64,000 bases of DNA, from assembly GCA_964016885.1 (NCBI GenBank), contig OZ024741.1, positions 371,566,001 through 371,630,000 on the forward strand, read 5' to 3'. The stretch is from Eledone cirrhosa (Eukaryota). Of this stretch, positions 42,609 to 57,067 are shown piece by piece; within the stretch, counting starts at the first letter, position 1; each line of letters begins with the position of its first letter. The position numbers and the translations under genes are program-made. Under the pieces are notes generated by a model. It was not told the DNA's origin. It ran no database searches and saw only the letters and a program-made list of their open reading frames with translations.

Positions 42609-43015
42609 GCCCCCCTCCCTCCCTCCCCCCGCCCCGGCGGACAGGATGGAGAAGGCGTTCCCGCGGAGGACGGCAAGGGAGACGCGCTGGAAAAGCCACT
42701 CCAACTCGCGTGGCTCACACCTGCGGCTGGCCAGCTCAGCGCCTATCGTGGTGAGTAGGGAGGTAGCCTTGGGGCCGAGGACACCAGAAGTCTCCACTGC
42801 CAGAGGTACAACCGCAAACCTGTCGGAGAGCGACGGTATTTGAGGAGCTTGGCCTCCTCAGCCCGACGTGCAGCAGAACCTGGATTAGTGGCAGACTGCA
42901 CCAGGTTGCGGCTGCAGAAAGTGTCGGAGCAAGTAGCATCCCAGACGAGGGGTTTGCCACCGCGGAACGGGAAGATGGTCATGCCATCTGGCCTTTTGCC
43001 GTCCCCTCGCCCATG
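42609..43015 (-). mobile_element. CRE-like RLE domain fragment
   Basis: DGKRPDGMTIFPFRGGKPLVWDATCSDTF..AEEAKLLKY..ETSGVLGP..LFQRVSLAVLRGNA. A smaller related piece lies at ~41760-41826. Confidence 0.8.
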
Positions 43016-44035
43016 GTGTTATCTTTGGGGATATATTTTCGGTTAGATTTTTTTTAATGTGAAAATTACGGTGAATTTCAATTGAACAAATTTTAGAGGA
43101 ATCTAAGAATGACAAACCGAGTTCATAATTCTTACATTAAACAATATTTGTTGGTAAACTGTATTGATTTTGTAGCATCACTGACTATATTTATATAAGA
43201 CCAAATATTTTGAGAGGGTGGGGTAGAGTTGATTATATCAACGTTAGTACTTGACAGCTACTTGTTTTATAGGCTTTCGGAAGGAAAAAAAGCAAACTTG
43301 AAAACAAAGGGATTTGAACTGAGAACAAAATTATGTGGGGTAACTCTTCAAGAGTAGCATAAATTGCGTCAACCTCACCGATCTCCTTCTGAATAAGAAA
43401 GGACCCTTAACTTCTGATGGAGTCATAGGGACACCATCCTGACACGAGGCGTGCCTTGGTCATTTAAAACCTGGCAGAGGTCATCCCTTTCCAAGTCGGA
43501 ACGTAGCCAATTTCTTTGTCTACTTCTCGAGACAGAGAAAAAAAATCGATCCCAATACTGGACTACTACTTTATTTACCGATCTCAAAAGGATGAAAAGT
43601 AAAGATGACCGTACCAGAATTTGAACTCAGAGTGTAGCGAACTGGAACAAAAACAGACATTTTTAATCTGACGCCGTAACGACTCCGTCAATTCCCTGCC
43701 TCACCTTCCTTCAACTAAATTATAAATGAAGTTAATGCAGTCAGACGGAATATATAGATAAGAAAACATGTAGATATATATATTGGTTTCTAAATTTAGC
43801 ACAAGTCCAGCAGCTTTGTGAGGAAAAAAAGGCGATTATAGCTACCCCAGTAATTGATGGTACTTTATGTTATTGACCTGGGAAGAATAAAAAGCAAAGT
43901 TGATAGTGGTGGGATTTGAACTCAGAACGTCAAGAACTAGAACAAGTACTGCTAAGTATTTGTCTGCCGCTTTAATGACTCTGCTAATCCATTTATCCAA
44001 CTGACACAGTCATCGGTATACTCTATAATTACTTT

Positions 44036-44400
44036 TCATTGTCAGCATTAAAATTGCCATCATTAAAGTTGCCATCATTAAAATTGCCATCATTAAAGTT
44101 GCCATCATTAAAACTGCTATCATTAAAGTTCCCATCATTAAAATCGCCAGCATTAAAATTACCAATATTAAAATCGCCAGCATTAAAATTGACAGCATTA
44201 AAATCGCCAGCATTATAATTGACAGCATTAAAGTTGTCAGCATAAAAATCGCCAACATTAAAGTTGCCAGCATTAAAGTTGCCAGCATAAAAATCGCCAA
44301 TTTAAAGTTGCCAGCATAAAAATTGCCAACATTAAAGTTGCCAAAATTAAAGTTGCCAGCATTAAAATCGCCAGCATTAAAATTGTCAGCATTAAAACTT
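44036..44400. repeat. 15-bp minisatellite
   Basis: About 24 copies of CA(G/T)CATTAAA(A/G)T(T/C)GC. Confidence 0.9.
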
Positions 44401-44829
44401 CTTGCAGAGAGAGGTAATTATTATCTCAGCAAATTTGAGAATATTTTACAAAATTCGCTGGAAGCAATATTTATAATTAAATCAAAATATTCTTGAATAT
44501 AATATTACCTACCTTAGATCCCACCTGAGCAAGAAACATTTATTTGCCTGTCTATCTCTGTCATCCATTCAAAATCTGAAACTGTCACAGAGGTTTTTCC
44601 AGATCACAGCAAAAGTAAAATTTACAAAGACTAGCGCTAATACACGATCTTAAAAATAACGTTTTAGCTATATACATAAGATGTGAAACGTAGAGAAATT
44701 ATCCAAATTCGTCTGTGTACGAAAAAATAATAATGTATTTACAATTCCACAGCGAGGTATACATTTTAAACTGTTGGTATTTCTACAAAAGATTTATCTC
44801 AGATTATATATATATATAATCTGAGATAA

Positions 44830-45430
44830 ACCTGAAAAATGCGCAAGCTCAAAAGAGCCACAGAATGTTATAATAAACCTTCAAAAGTGTGGGACTAGAG
44901 TTGTTGCTCAAAAATATTGTAATCATTATCTATCGTACACTCTGTGGCATCCTTTTATAAAAAAGAGACTCATAATGAACTCAAGACGACACGATAATTA
45001 TTTAAGCTAATGTTCAATATCTCATATTAGATGTTTAGTAATGATTAATACGAAATGCACTTAAACCGAATTCTATATTATAAATTCACTTAAATAATTA
45101 TCGTGTCGTCTTGAGTTCGTTATGAGTCTCTTTTTTTTATAAAAGGATGCCACAGAGTGTACGATAGATAATGATTTCAATATTTTTAAACAACAACTCT
45201 AGTCCAACACTTTTGAAGGTTTATTATAACATTCTGTGGCTCTTTTGAGCTTGCGCATTTTTCAGGTCTAGTTTAATATTTTTTTAAGGCAACGCTTGTA
45301 ATAACTCTAGTTAAACATGATATATATTAATAATAAATTATCATTGTAATGATATATATAATTGTTATTTTATAAATGATCTTATAAATATTATTGTAAG
45401 ATGTATAAAAATATTTTCAGACTTTTAATA
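44830..45430 (+). mobile_element. Fold-back AT-rich element, copy 2
   Basis: Arms 44830-45006 and 45089-45267; same arm and tail as 15028-16145 but a different inner part. Confidence 0.75.
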
Positions 45431-46457
45431 GTTAATATAAATTTAAAAAATCATATATAAATTAACAATATAACTTACCAAAACGAGAAACATATTTTGA
45501 TGATAAACGACGAAATACTGGAGGAAGATTCAAAAGCGAAACGATAAATAAACGTGGAAACAAAGTGGCGGATGCTTTTGAACAACAATTACTCTCGTTG
45601 GTTGATTAGCCAATAAGACGATGAAATTAGCCAATAAGACGATACATTACAAAAGATGTTTGGGAGGCATCAACACGGCCAGCGATACCCCTTGAATTTT
45701 TTATTCACAAGCTACACGCAGACTTAAAACATTCTGTTGTTAGTCACTGCGTATCTAACAGATATAATTTTCTTTTTATTTATGTGAGTGAAAATACAAT
45801 AAAATAATTAATAATGGTTTCTTATATAGGCACAAGGCCAGCAATTTTGGGGGAGGGGAAAGTCGATTAAATCAACCCCCAGTGCGCGACTGGTACTTTA
45901 TTTTATCAACCCCGTAAGGATGAAAGGCAAAGTTAACCTCGGCAGGATTTGAATAAAATAATGAATAATAAAAATGCAACAAGCTTAACTGGTTGTGTGA
46001 GATTAAAGGCATTCATAACAGCGATTCACATTCAAATAGTAGAGAAATATTTAGATATCCCAATATTAAAGAGAGCGAGGGGAAACTGAGAGGAAATGAG
46101 AGATTGAGAAATAGAGGAAGAGAAAACAAACTTTTGACGCCCTCAGAATACTATTCATTCATAAACTTATAAATGCCCTTAACGAATGTCCATTCATAAA
46201 CTTATATTATAAAAGATCTTTACAGTTTGCAAATCCTGTCGTACAAAACTACATAAATAGGAGTGGGAAAGAAAAATAAGAATGTGAAAAGCAACAGAAA
46301 GTAATTGTGGCCAAGATATATGACGGAAAGAGATCAATATGTGTGAGTGTGTGTGTGTGTGTGTTTGTGTTTGTGTGTATTTGTGTGTTTGTGTTTGTGT
46401 GTGTGTTTGTGTGTATTTGTGTGTGTGTGTGTGTTTGTGTGTGTTTGTGTGTTTGTA

Positions 46458-46498
<41 letters not shown>

Positions 46499-46877
46499 GC
46501 GTGTGGCTTAGTGTGGGAGTTCGATTCACGGACTGGGTGGCACGTTGTGTTCCTAAGACGCTTTATTTCAAGGCTAATCAGCTGGCAAAAATGAACTATA
46601 CCTATAATTACTCAAAGCACCGGCTTTTTCATCTATTGTGTCTCAGAGGGTTACGTTAAGGGTGCACGTGTCTGTGGAATGCTCACTCCCACACACGTTA
46701 ATTTCATGAGCAGGCAGTACTATTGGTTGAATCAACCGGAACGCTCACCGTCGGAAACGACGGAGGTCCAACAACAATAACCATTTATATAGAGGAGGAG
46801 AAAGAGAAATCAGAGAGAGAAATACTTCATTGAAATTCAAATTACTTTAGCTTATTTATCATTAATAATCGTTTCTA

Positions 46878-47085
46878 AGGGCGGTGGATTGGCAGTATCG
46901 GTAGAGAGTCGGGCTCCATGCTTTGCAGCATAGAGTTACACCCCTTTACGGTCTGAGTTCAAATCCCGCCGAGGTTAACTTTGCCTTTCATGCTTACGGG
47001 GTCGATAAAATAAAGCACCAGTAACGTACTGGGGTCGATTTAAACGACTTTCCCCACCCCAAATTACTGGCCTTGTGCCTATACT
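46878..47085 (+). mobile_element. tRNA-derived Nin-domain SINE, full length
   Basis: GGGCGGTGGATTGGCAGTATCGG..GAGTTCAAATCCC..GCCTTTCAT..GGGGTCGATAAA..GGCCTTGTGCCT. Further copies near 14010, 16580, 20730, 23472, 39330, 41900, 43545, 43785, 45815, 47100, 56460 and 58990. Confidence 0.85.
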
Positions 47086-47303
47086 AAAAATAGTTAATAA
47101 TGGTTTCTAAATTAGGCACAAGGCCAGCAATTTTGAAGAGATAGAAAAGTTGATTACACCGACCCAATACTTGACGGGTACATTATTTCATAGTCACGGA
47201 ACGATGAAAGGCAAAGCAGACCTTAGCATTCTAAAACCTGGCGGAACTCATCCCACTCCAAGTTAGAACATATCCCGTTTATTCTAGAGAAAAAGAGAGA
47301 GAA

Positions 47304-47344
<41 letters not shown>

Positions 47345-47661
47345 CAACACCAATACCAGACTGGTATGAATTTATCGACCTCAGTGGGTTTTGAACCCAG
47401 AGCGCCGAGAGCCCGGACAAATACCTCAAAGCGTTCTATCCGACCCGACGTTCTTATAACTCTGTCAATTCGCCGCCTCTCTTTACTTATACAAGACTAA
47501 ATTGTCTCAACGCGTCCTTTTTTTTTTAGTTCCAGCATCTGTCAGAAGTCCTCACGTTGGCTACCTGCTGCTGCTGTTGTAGCTGAAAAAAAGACATCCA
47601 TACCGTTCTTCAGTACCATTGCCTATTTGAGCTATTTCTCTTAGCTCGTTTTATTCTAAAC

Positions 47662-47967
47662 CAGGGGTGTGCAACATATTCCATTGGCGGGCCTCTTTTG
47701 AACATTGGAACAACTATTAGGGCCATACATATTTATTAAGCACTATTCCAAAGATTCACCACAACTTCTTTCCATAACATGGAACTGGGAAATTATAACA
47801 CATAACCCTATCAGTGAAGCCCTTTAGTATAGGTCAACTAACAGACAATTGTATTACGGTTACGAAAAAGAATCTAAATAAGCCTAAAAGGTAAAAATTA
47901 AAAACGGTCATCGCGGGTCACTTAGACTGGTCTGGCGGGCCCGCGAGCCGGATGTTGCACGCCCCTG
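47662..47967. mobile_element. hAT-superfamily MITE
   Basis: TIRs CAGGGGTGTGCAACAT / ATGTTGCACGCCCCTG; perfect 8-bp TSD TTCTAAAC (47654-47661 and 47968-47975). Confidence 0.9.
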
Positions 47968-48657
47968 TTCTAAACAATGTAAATTATACTGACTGAAAAA
48001 TATCCGTAAATCCTTTACTATGTATATGTTGGAACTTTGTCGGCTCTGACGATGTGTGTTTCAGTTGACTCCAACAACGGAACAGCCTTCTCATGAAATT
48101 AAAGTGCAAGTGGCTCAGCATTCCGCAGTCACGTCTCCGCTTGTTGTAGTACCGGCGCAGACCATCCGACAAATTTCCAAACAGTTTATCCCATCTAATC
48201 AATTTAACTCGCAAAGGCTAAGGCTATGGTAAATGATACTTACTAAAAAGGGATTGAACCCGAGACCTAATGATTGTAAAACGAACTTCTTAACCATGTG
48301 GCCATGATGCGTCCACAATCCTAATAAAATATGGCAGGCTGAAGACAGCATCCAATCTATACTAACGAATGTTTAACCCCTACATTTTCAAGGTTTTACA
48401 TATAATTATGCGATTTCAGATTATTTTTACTTGATAAAACATCTACCTCCAGACATTTTAGTATTTCTTTTAGCAGAAAACTTGATAATATGATACGTTT
48501 GTTTGTCGTTAATGCTATATTTTGTTATAAATCTTTTCTTTTTAATGGGGGATATATATAATATAAAATAACATTATAGCAGGTAAATAGATAGACATAA
48601 GATGTAATAGATCTACTTAAGCACACACGTATGGGTTACATAGACATTTATATCACG

Positions 48658-48765
<108 letters not shown>

Positions 48766-49000
48766 TATGTACACAAATTCGCACATGTGCTCACACGTAC
48801 ATATATAGACACATACATAGATACATACACGCGTGTGCACACCAGATATATAAGTAGACACACGCTCACACACGTGCTCATACATACGTATATAGACACA
48901 AACACACACACATATATATTGGGTCGTCAAGTATGAAATTTGTAGAAATTCGTAGTAAAAAACAAAACAAATTTCTACAAATTTCATACGTGACGACCCA

Positions 49001-49097
<97 letters not shown>

Positions 49098-49886
49098 GCA
49101 CATAAGCGTATACACTTATATACACATTTCATGCACATGCATGCATAGATGTACATGCCTTAACGACTACAGTAATAAATACGTTTCTTCCAGACATATC
49201 CTTACGCAGTTTCATGGGCAATAAAGTTAAATATGCACACGCGCGAGTACACACACACACACGCGCACGCACATACACACACGCACACAGATACACATAT
49301 ACACACACACGCACACGCACACACTCACACGCACACATACACACACAAATACATACACACACACACACACAAATCCCCCCCACCACCACCACACACACAC
49401 ACCCCAAACACACACACACACACACGCACGCGCGTACACACATACACACACACAAACAAATACATACACACACACACAAATACACACAGCACGCACACAT
49501 ACACACACTCACACACACATATATACACACAAATATAAATACACACACACTCACACAAATACATACACGCACGTGCCTTTACAGATACATATATATATAC
49601 ATATGCATATACAAATACAAACGTACATATACATATATATTCACATGCACACATGCACACCACGTAAACACATACACACCGACGTACGTATCCATGCATA
49701 CATACAGTGGTATACACGTATGTGTACTTTTACACAGGGAGTAAATATACATGTCTATGATTGTATGAATAACTAAAGGAAGCACAGCGCTCATTTATTC
49801 ATGCTTCCATACATCCATGCATCTATCCATACATACATATATACATACATTTATCTATCTATACATATATATATATACATACATAC

Positions 49887-50494
49887 ATGGTGGCTGCCAA
49901 CTCGTTTTCGAGTACGGCCACTACCTTATATCCATGTAGGAGAACCCCTACCGATGCGCTGAACGAGTGTGACTTTTTAGTCCAGCCAGCGACTTGAAAA
50001 CTCTGGTACAAACACTACACTTGTGACAATTATTGACACATAGTGCTGGGCCCATTGTACCCTGTGATGACAAGTGCAGGGAGATCTCCAGATACAAAGC
50101 AATGCCTGTGCCGTGAAGCTTTTATAGTGAGCAAAGGCACTGCACAAGGCCAGTCCCACTCTCTTAACCAAGATCATATTTACCAAAAAGAAGAACAAGT
50201 CAACATCATTGGATACCATCAGAGTTGCAGGTGTTATATCAGAGTTTTCCTTCTCCTAGAATTCTGCCTTGACAAAGGCTAAGGGGTCATCTCTCCCGGT
50301 GATTTTGGATGGCCATTGACTCTTAAGAGCTCCTTTGCCCTTTGACAGGTTTTGTTTTTAGTCCTGCAGGATGTGCAAAGTCACCCTCCTCACCAAGAAA
50401 CCTTGGTGGGGTTGCCAGTTTAGTCGCCAACGACCCGACCATGGGACAGGTTGTACTGGGATACATGTTACCAGTAGCACCAACTGGTGACCTG
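49887..50494 (-). mobile_element. Full-length 607-bp RTE-derived non-autonomous element
   Basis: Reverse complement of 11807-12414, in (CATA)n. Confidence 0.85.
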
Positions 50495-50660
50495 ACATAC
50501 ATACATACATACATACATACATACATACACACATGCATACATAGAGACATACATACATACACACATACATACATACACACATGCATACATACACACATGC
50601 ATACATACATACATACATACATACATACATACATACATACATACATACATACATACATAC

Positions 50661-50829
50661 ATGGTGGCTGCCAACTCGTTTTCGAGTACGGCCACTACTT
50701 TATATCCATGTAGGAGAACCCCTATCGATGCGCTGAACGAATGTGACTTTTTAGTCCAGCCAGCGACTTGAAAACTCAGGTACAAACACTACATTTGCGA
50801 CAATTATTGACACATAGTGCTGGGCCCAT
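50661..50829 (-). mobile_element. 5'-truncated 607-bp-family copy
   Basis: 3'-terminal ~170 bp only, in (CATA)n. Confidence 0.85.
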
Positions 50830-50904
50830 ACATACATACATACATACATACATACATACATACATACATACATACATACATACATACATACATACATACA
50901 TACA

Positions 50905-53712
50905 TTTAAAAACCAAAATTTTGTCCCTGAGACGAAGTATCTCACACATCACAGTCGTTATGAAATGCAACATAGAGAGCAACTTCACACGACACCAGGA
51001 AGACCTAAAGAAAAAGTTAGAGAGACGATTTGGAGATACAAAATTTAAAACTTTGAACTCCAAATTACACCAGTTGAAACAACAACTCACAGCTACAACA
51101 GAAAGACTAAAATATAAGTCAACAGGACATAAACGACAAGTGCTAAATAGATTGTTTGCCAGAGATCCTAAATCAGTTTATCGCAGCTTAGGTGGCAAAA
51201 GCTCAATCCCTGTAAACGACACCCCTTCAAAAGAACAGGTTGAGAGCTACTGGAGATCTGTATGGGAAACGGATGACGGATTCAACAGACAAGCTAATTG
51301 GCTAAAAGAACTGGAACAGGAGTACTGCCAACATGTCCAGACAAAACAATATGACATAGATGGGTCAATACTGGAAACAGCTCTACAGAAAATGTCGAAT
51401 AGGAAATCGCCAGGCCCAGACCTCATTACAGGATACTGGTTGAAGAATTTCACTTTCTATCGGCAAGATCTCATACGGCTGTTTACAGAAACCATTAAGG
51501 GCACACAAGAACTGCCCAGATGGTTATCAACTGCCACTACTCTCCTCATTCCCCAAAATAGCTAAACCACCCTTGCTAAAAATTACCGCCCAATTGCCTG
51601 CCAAAACATCATGTATAAATTATATACTGGGTGCCTTAACCTGTTCTTACAGGATCACTGTGCTACCAACAACATCATAACACCTGAGCAAGCTGGTGGA
51701 AAGAGGGAGGTGTGGGGTTGCATAGATCACCTACTAACTAACAAAATGATTCAGGAAAAAACAACAAAGAATCGCAGAAACATGACTGTCGAGTGGCTGG
51801 ACTATCAAAAAGCATTTGATAGTGTACTTCATGGGTGGATTTTTAAGGCTTTACAGTTAGCTAAAGTCCCACAACCATTGGTAGCTGCTGTTGAACGCCT
51901 AACCAAGAACTGGTACACCAATTTTATCCTTAGAGGTGAGAAGGAGCAGGTTAAGACCGATAAGATACATTACCAGAAGGGCATCTTTCAAGGTGATAGC
52001 TTGTCAGTGCTACTCTTCGTTCTCTCACTGAATCCACTATCTTACCTACTCAGGAAACAAGGTGGACAAAGAAGTGGGTCCAGAAGTATCTCCCATCTTT
52101 TCTTTTTTGATGACCTGAAGTTGTATGGGCCAAATATCAATGACATCAAGAAACAATTGGACCTCATTACACAATTTTCAACCGACATTAAAATGAAATT
52201 TGGTGAGTCCAAGTGTGCATATATGGCAGTAAAACGTGGAAGAGCTGTGCCCTCCTCTAGAAATCTAGAGATGAACGGCCTGACAATACAACCTCTACAG
52301 TCAGGTGACAACTACAGATATCTTGGACAGGATGAGAATGTCAGATATGATGGACCCATAAATAAGGAGAGAAACAGAACTGAATACCTCAGAAGAGTAA
52401 AGAAAATATGGTCATCAGAACTGTCAGCATACAACAAATAGATTGCCCACAATACTTATGCTGTGCCAATTCTAACGCCAACATTTGGCCTGCTGAACTG
52501 GTCATTGCAAGAACTAAGTGAGATGGATGTTAGAACTCGCAAACTTCTCAGTGTTACTGGGAACTTTAACATCAATGGTGATGTGGATAGGCTATACTTC
52601 TCACGCAAGGAATGTGGCCGGGGTCTAAAATCAATATTAACATCATATGAGACCCGGATAGTAACACTGAAGCAACATCTTCAACAGAGGAAAAAGGTTG
52701 GCAACCATCTTGCCCAGGTTTATGAGCATGAAAAAAAAAATCATTAAAATAGCCACTGATCTGGAGGAGAGATATGGAATAAAGCCTGATATAAATCTCT
52801 CACCCAGAGAAATCAGAAGATCCTATTCAATGTTCAAAGAAGATGAAAAAATTGACCAATTTACAGAAAAAGTTGTGCATGGATACTTGAGACGTAAAAC
52901 ACAGACCATAGAGGGGATAAACCACTCAAAAAGCCTGGCATGGAGTTCCGACAAGTTTATGACATCACACCTTGAGGGATATCTCTATGCAATACAGGAA
53001 CAAGAACTCCCTACCAAATATCTGCTGCACAAAAGGGGAGGGCCATCAGCTGACAATAAATGTAGGCTATGTAAAACAAAGATCGAGGATGTAAGACACA
53101 TTGTTGCCAGCTGCAAAAGAATGTCATCTCGCTACTACCTCCCCATGAGACACGATGGGATAGCTAGAACCATCTGGAACGCACTTCGGAAAACAAAATT
53201 AACAACAAACGAGGAAAAATATATTGAGACAGATGGCACTAAGGAATACTGGTGGAACCTGAAAATAAAAACTGCCACCAAATTAAAACACAACCCACCT
53301 GATATTGTTGTTTGGGACCACACATTGAAAACGTGTTCGGTTGTGGAGTTCAGCTGCCCACTTGATGTAAACGTTGTCAGAAAAATACAGGAGGAGTACA
53401 TCTACGGACCATTGATGAGGAGTTTGCAAATCCAGTATCCAAGATACACCTTTAGCTTCATACCCATCATTATTGGAGCTACGGGTTATATACCAACCCG
53501 TTTGTACGAAAGTATGACTAAACTTGGATTTGCGGACAAAAAGCGCAGCTCCCTAATTCATAGTCTACAAATGGCTGCGATAGCTGGCACCTTCAAAATT
53601 TACAAAACATTCTTGCGATTCAAGGGATGAAAATTTCTTTTCTTTTACAACCTTGCCACCAGGAAGGTGGCCGGTCAAAAAAATATACTCGAAATTAAGA
53701 GAAAGAGATAAC
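50905..53712 (+). mobile_element. R4/Dong-like RLE non-LTR retrotransposon, 5'-truncated and disrupted
   Basis: ORF pieces 50768-51565, 51611-52441, 52463-52747 and 52698-53630 give KSPGPD, RT, CCHC, RHD and PD..D..E. Same family as 7272-9212; (TACA)n flanks. Confidence 0.92.
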
Positions 53713-53724
53713 ATACATACATCC

Positions 53725-54137
53725 ATGGTGGCTGCGAACTCGTTTTCGAGTACGGCCACTACTTTATATCCATGTAGGAGAACCCCTACCGATGCGCTGA
53801 ACGAGTGTGACTTTTTAGTCCAGCCAGCGACTTCAAAACTCTGGTACAAACACTACACCTGCGACAATTATTGACACATGGCGCTGGGCCCATAGTACAA
53901 TGTGACGACAAATGCAGAGAGATCTCCAGATATAAAACAATGCCTGTGCCGTGAAGCTTTTATAGTAAGCAAAGGCACTGCACAAAGCCAGTCCCACTCT
54001 CTTAACCAAGATGATATTTACCAAAAAGAAGAACAAGTCAACATCATTGGATACCATCAGGGTTGCAGGTGTTATATCAGAGTTTTCCTTCTCCTAGAAT
54101 TCTGCCTTGACAAAGGCTAAGAGATCATCTCTCCCGG
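53725..54137 (-). mobile_element. 5'-truncated 607-bp-family copy
   Basis: Tail-to-tail with the R4/Dong-like element across a short (CATA)n. Confidence 0.85.
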
Positions 54138-54335
54138 ATACATCCATACATACATATATACATCCATCCATACATCCATCCATACATATATACATATATA
54201 CATACATCCATACATCCATCCATCCGTACATACATATATACATACATCCATACATCCATACATACGTACATACATACATACATAAAAATAACACAACCAG
54301 CCTGACATTGTTGTTTGGGACCACGCATTAAAAAG

Positions 54336-54397
<62 letters not shown>

Positions 54398-54403
<6 letters not shown>

Positions 54404-54843
54404 ACTACAGGAGACCGGACAGGTTGAATTCCTTCCAATTTTTATTTCTACAAACACTATAAATATCTCAGTAGCCAGATTACGCATGGACCTAGTAACA
54501 TCATCAGATGTATATTGCATAATAGTTATATACCATAGGAATGATGGTATATAACTATTATGCAATATACATCTGATGATGTTACCAGGTTCATGCGTAA
54601 CCTGGCCACTGAGATATTTATAGTGTTTGTAGAAATAAAAATTGTAAGCAATTCAACCTGTCCGGCCTGCTGTCGTTTTACTCTATAATATAATATAACA
54701 TCTAACTACGTTCCCGCACCACCAACAAGATTCAACATCAAAGATGGTTGAGATGCGTAACGTCGAGTGCTTTCCTAATATTACATTATGGTTGACATAA
54801 AAGAATGACCAATTCTATCCAGTGGTGAACCACCATATTTAAG
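54398..54843 (+). mobile_element. Fold-back hammerhead element (25245 family), degenerate core
   Basis: Arms ~54398-54537 and ~54544-54682. ACAT-CTGATGA(54573)-T..T-GAGA-TATTTA-TA-GTGT, then AATAAA. Confidence 0.7.
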
Positions 54844-54951
<108 letters not shown>

Positions 54952-54992
54952 TTAGGCCGTCAAGTATGAAATATATATATATATATGTGTGT

Positions 54993-55042
<50 letters not shown>

Positions 55043-55071
55043 GGGGTTACACAACAGTTAGTTCACCATAC

Positions 55072-55109
55072 CGAGAACAATTGTTTCACCCTAGCGGATC
55101 CTCAGCTCG
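55072..55109 (-). ncRNA. Minimal type I hammerhead ribozyme in a ~75-bp insert within (TA)n
   Basis: On -: CGAG-CTGAGGA-TCCGCTAGGGT-GAAA-CAATTG-TT-CTCG. Confidence 0.8.
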
Positions 55110-55114
55110 TAATG

Positions 55115-55197
<83 letters not shown>

Positions 55198-55199
<2 letters not shown>

Positions 55200-55390
55200 C
55201 GAAGGAAATGTGGTAAGGAACCAGATGGACCATAACGCATCAAAGTACTCAATACTTAGGGTAGTAGAGTGGGTAATATGAACGAGTAGGACCCCGACGG
55301 CTGAGCTCAAGCCGTTTCGATGGCTAATTCTGGACTGAGTCCAGAATTAGTCGTCGAAACGGCTTGAGCTCAGCCGTCGGGTCCTACTCG

Positions 55391-55396
<6 letters not shown>
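55198..55396 (-). mobile_element. ~200-bp hairpin element, copy 3
   Basis: Same body; hairpin centred on AATTCTGGACT-G-AGTCCAGAATT; (TA)n flanks. Confidence 0.85.
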
Positions 55397-55488
<92 letters not shown>

Positions 55489-55491
55489 TAT

Positions 55492-55598
<107 letters not shown>

Positions 55599-55996
55599 CC
55601 TACATACTTTCATATCACATATATAACATGAATATATACACATACCTATCCCTCTATGGACACTTGACTCTGGATAGAAGCGTAGGGGCGCCGTTGTGAC
55701 ATATGGCGTGTCTTCGTTATTTTAAACCTGGCGGAGCTCAATCTTCTCCAGATTTGAAAACAGCTGGTTTCTTTCAGAAAAAGGGAGACGTCTCGAGAAA
55801 AGAAGGGGAAAGAGAAATAGATGAACATTCGGACTAATACATTTTTCAACGTGGTCGAAAGGATTAACGGTAAAGCTGACCTCAGAGCACAGAGAGTCGG
55901 AAAGATTACTGCAAAGCATTCTCTCAGATGTTCTAATGACTCTGCCAATTAACTGCCTACATACATATATTTCAAAACATGAATTCATTATATATA

Positions 55997-56622
55997 CTAG
56001 CAGAAAAACCACTCTACGAGTGGTTTTCTGCTAGCATGTGCAGTGTTATTACGCAAGTATATATACATGTAGATTATACGCAAGTATATATACATGTAGA
56101 TATGATACATCAAATAAAATCGTAATTGACAATATAAACAGAAATTGAACGAAGACTGTGTTTCACTGTCTTATGTAATCAGTAACGTAATCCATGATAC
56201 ATTAAAAAAAGACGATATTATGTATAAACTGCATTAGGAGAAAATTAGTATGTTTATTTAAGTGATCGCCACCGGAAGTGTTGACATCACACACTCTCTC
56301 TTTCTATATATATGGTAGTTGAAGTGGTGGTGGTGGTGACAACGATATACCGGAAGTGCAACTTTGAAAAGAAGTCAATTTCAAATTATTTATTTTTACG
56401 AAATTATTTTTGTTTACAAAATTTAGTAGATAAATTATGTAATATTCATTCATTATTTATCGGGGTCGATAAAATAAAGTACCAGTAATGCACTGGGTAA
56501 TTGCTGGCCTTGTGCCTAAAGTAGAAACAATTATTTATTCAAAGTAATCCAACTTATTTTACTAACGGGATAAAAAAAAAAACGTACGCAATCCCGCAGA
56601 CCTTCCTTTATTATAGTTTAGA
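55997..56622 (-). mobile_element. Non-autonomous Helitron-like element containing a SINE fragment
   Basis: On -: A|TCTAAACTATAATAAAGG 5' end, subterminal hairpin and CTAG|T 3' end. Confidence 0.6.
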
Positions 56623-56677
56623 TATCTGAATGTATCTATAGTATATTTGCTATATATATATTTGCTATATATATATT

Positions 56678-56716
<39 letters not shown>

Positions 56717-56727
56717 AATATATATAT

Positions 56728-56923
56728 AACAAAGAAGGTGTGGTAAGATACCAGGTGAACCATAACGCACCAGAGTACTCGATACTTAGGGTAGTATAGT
56801 GGGCAATAGGAAAAGAGTCAGGACCCCGACGGCTGAGCCCCGGCCGTTTCGACAGCTAGATCTAACCTCCGATCTAGCTGTCGAAACGGCCGGAGCTCAG
56901 CCGTCGGGGTCCTGACTCTTTTG

Positions 56924-56929
<6 letters not shown>
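56728..56929 (-). mobile_element. ~200-bp hairpin element, copy 4
   Basis: Same body; centre GACAGCTAGATC-taacctcc-GATCTAGCTGTC; (TA)n flanks. Confidence 0.85.
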
Positions 56930-56962
<33 letters not shown>

Positions 56963-56993
56963 CATTCATTCATACACACATACTTACATACAA

Positions 56994-57058
<65 letters not shown>

Positions 57059-57067
57059 TACATACAT

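Noticed and set aside
48065-48228. Apparent exon after TTTCAG (LTPTTEQPSHE..), similar to VQTTEQPARE in ORF 60714-61106
   Set aside because: Both match the reverse complement of the SINE segment at ~46690-46770 and ~60525-60640.
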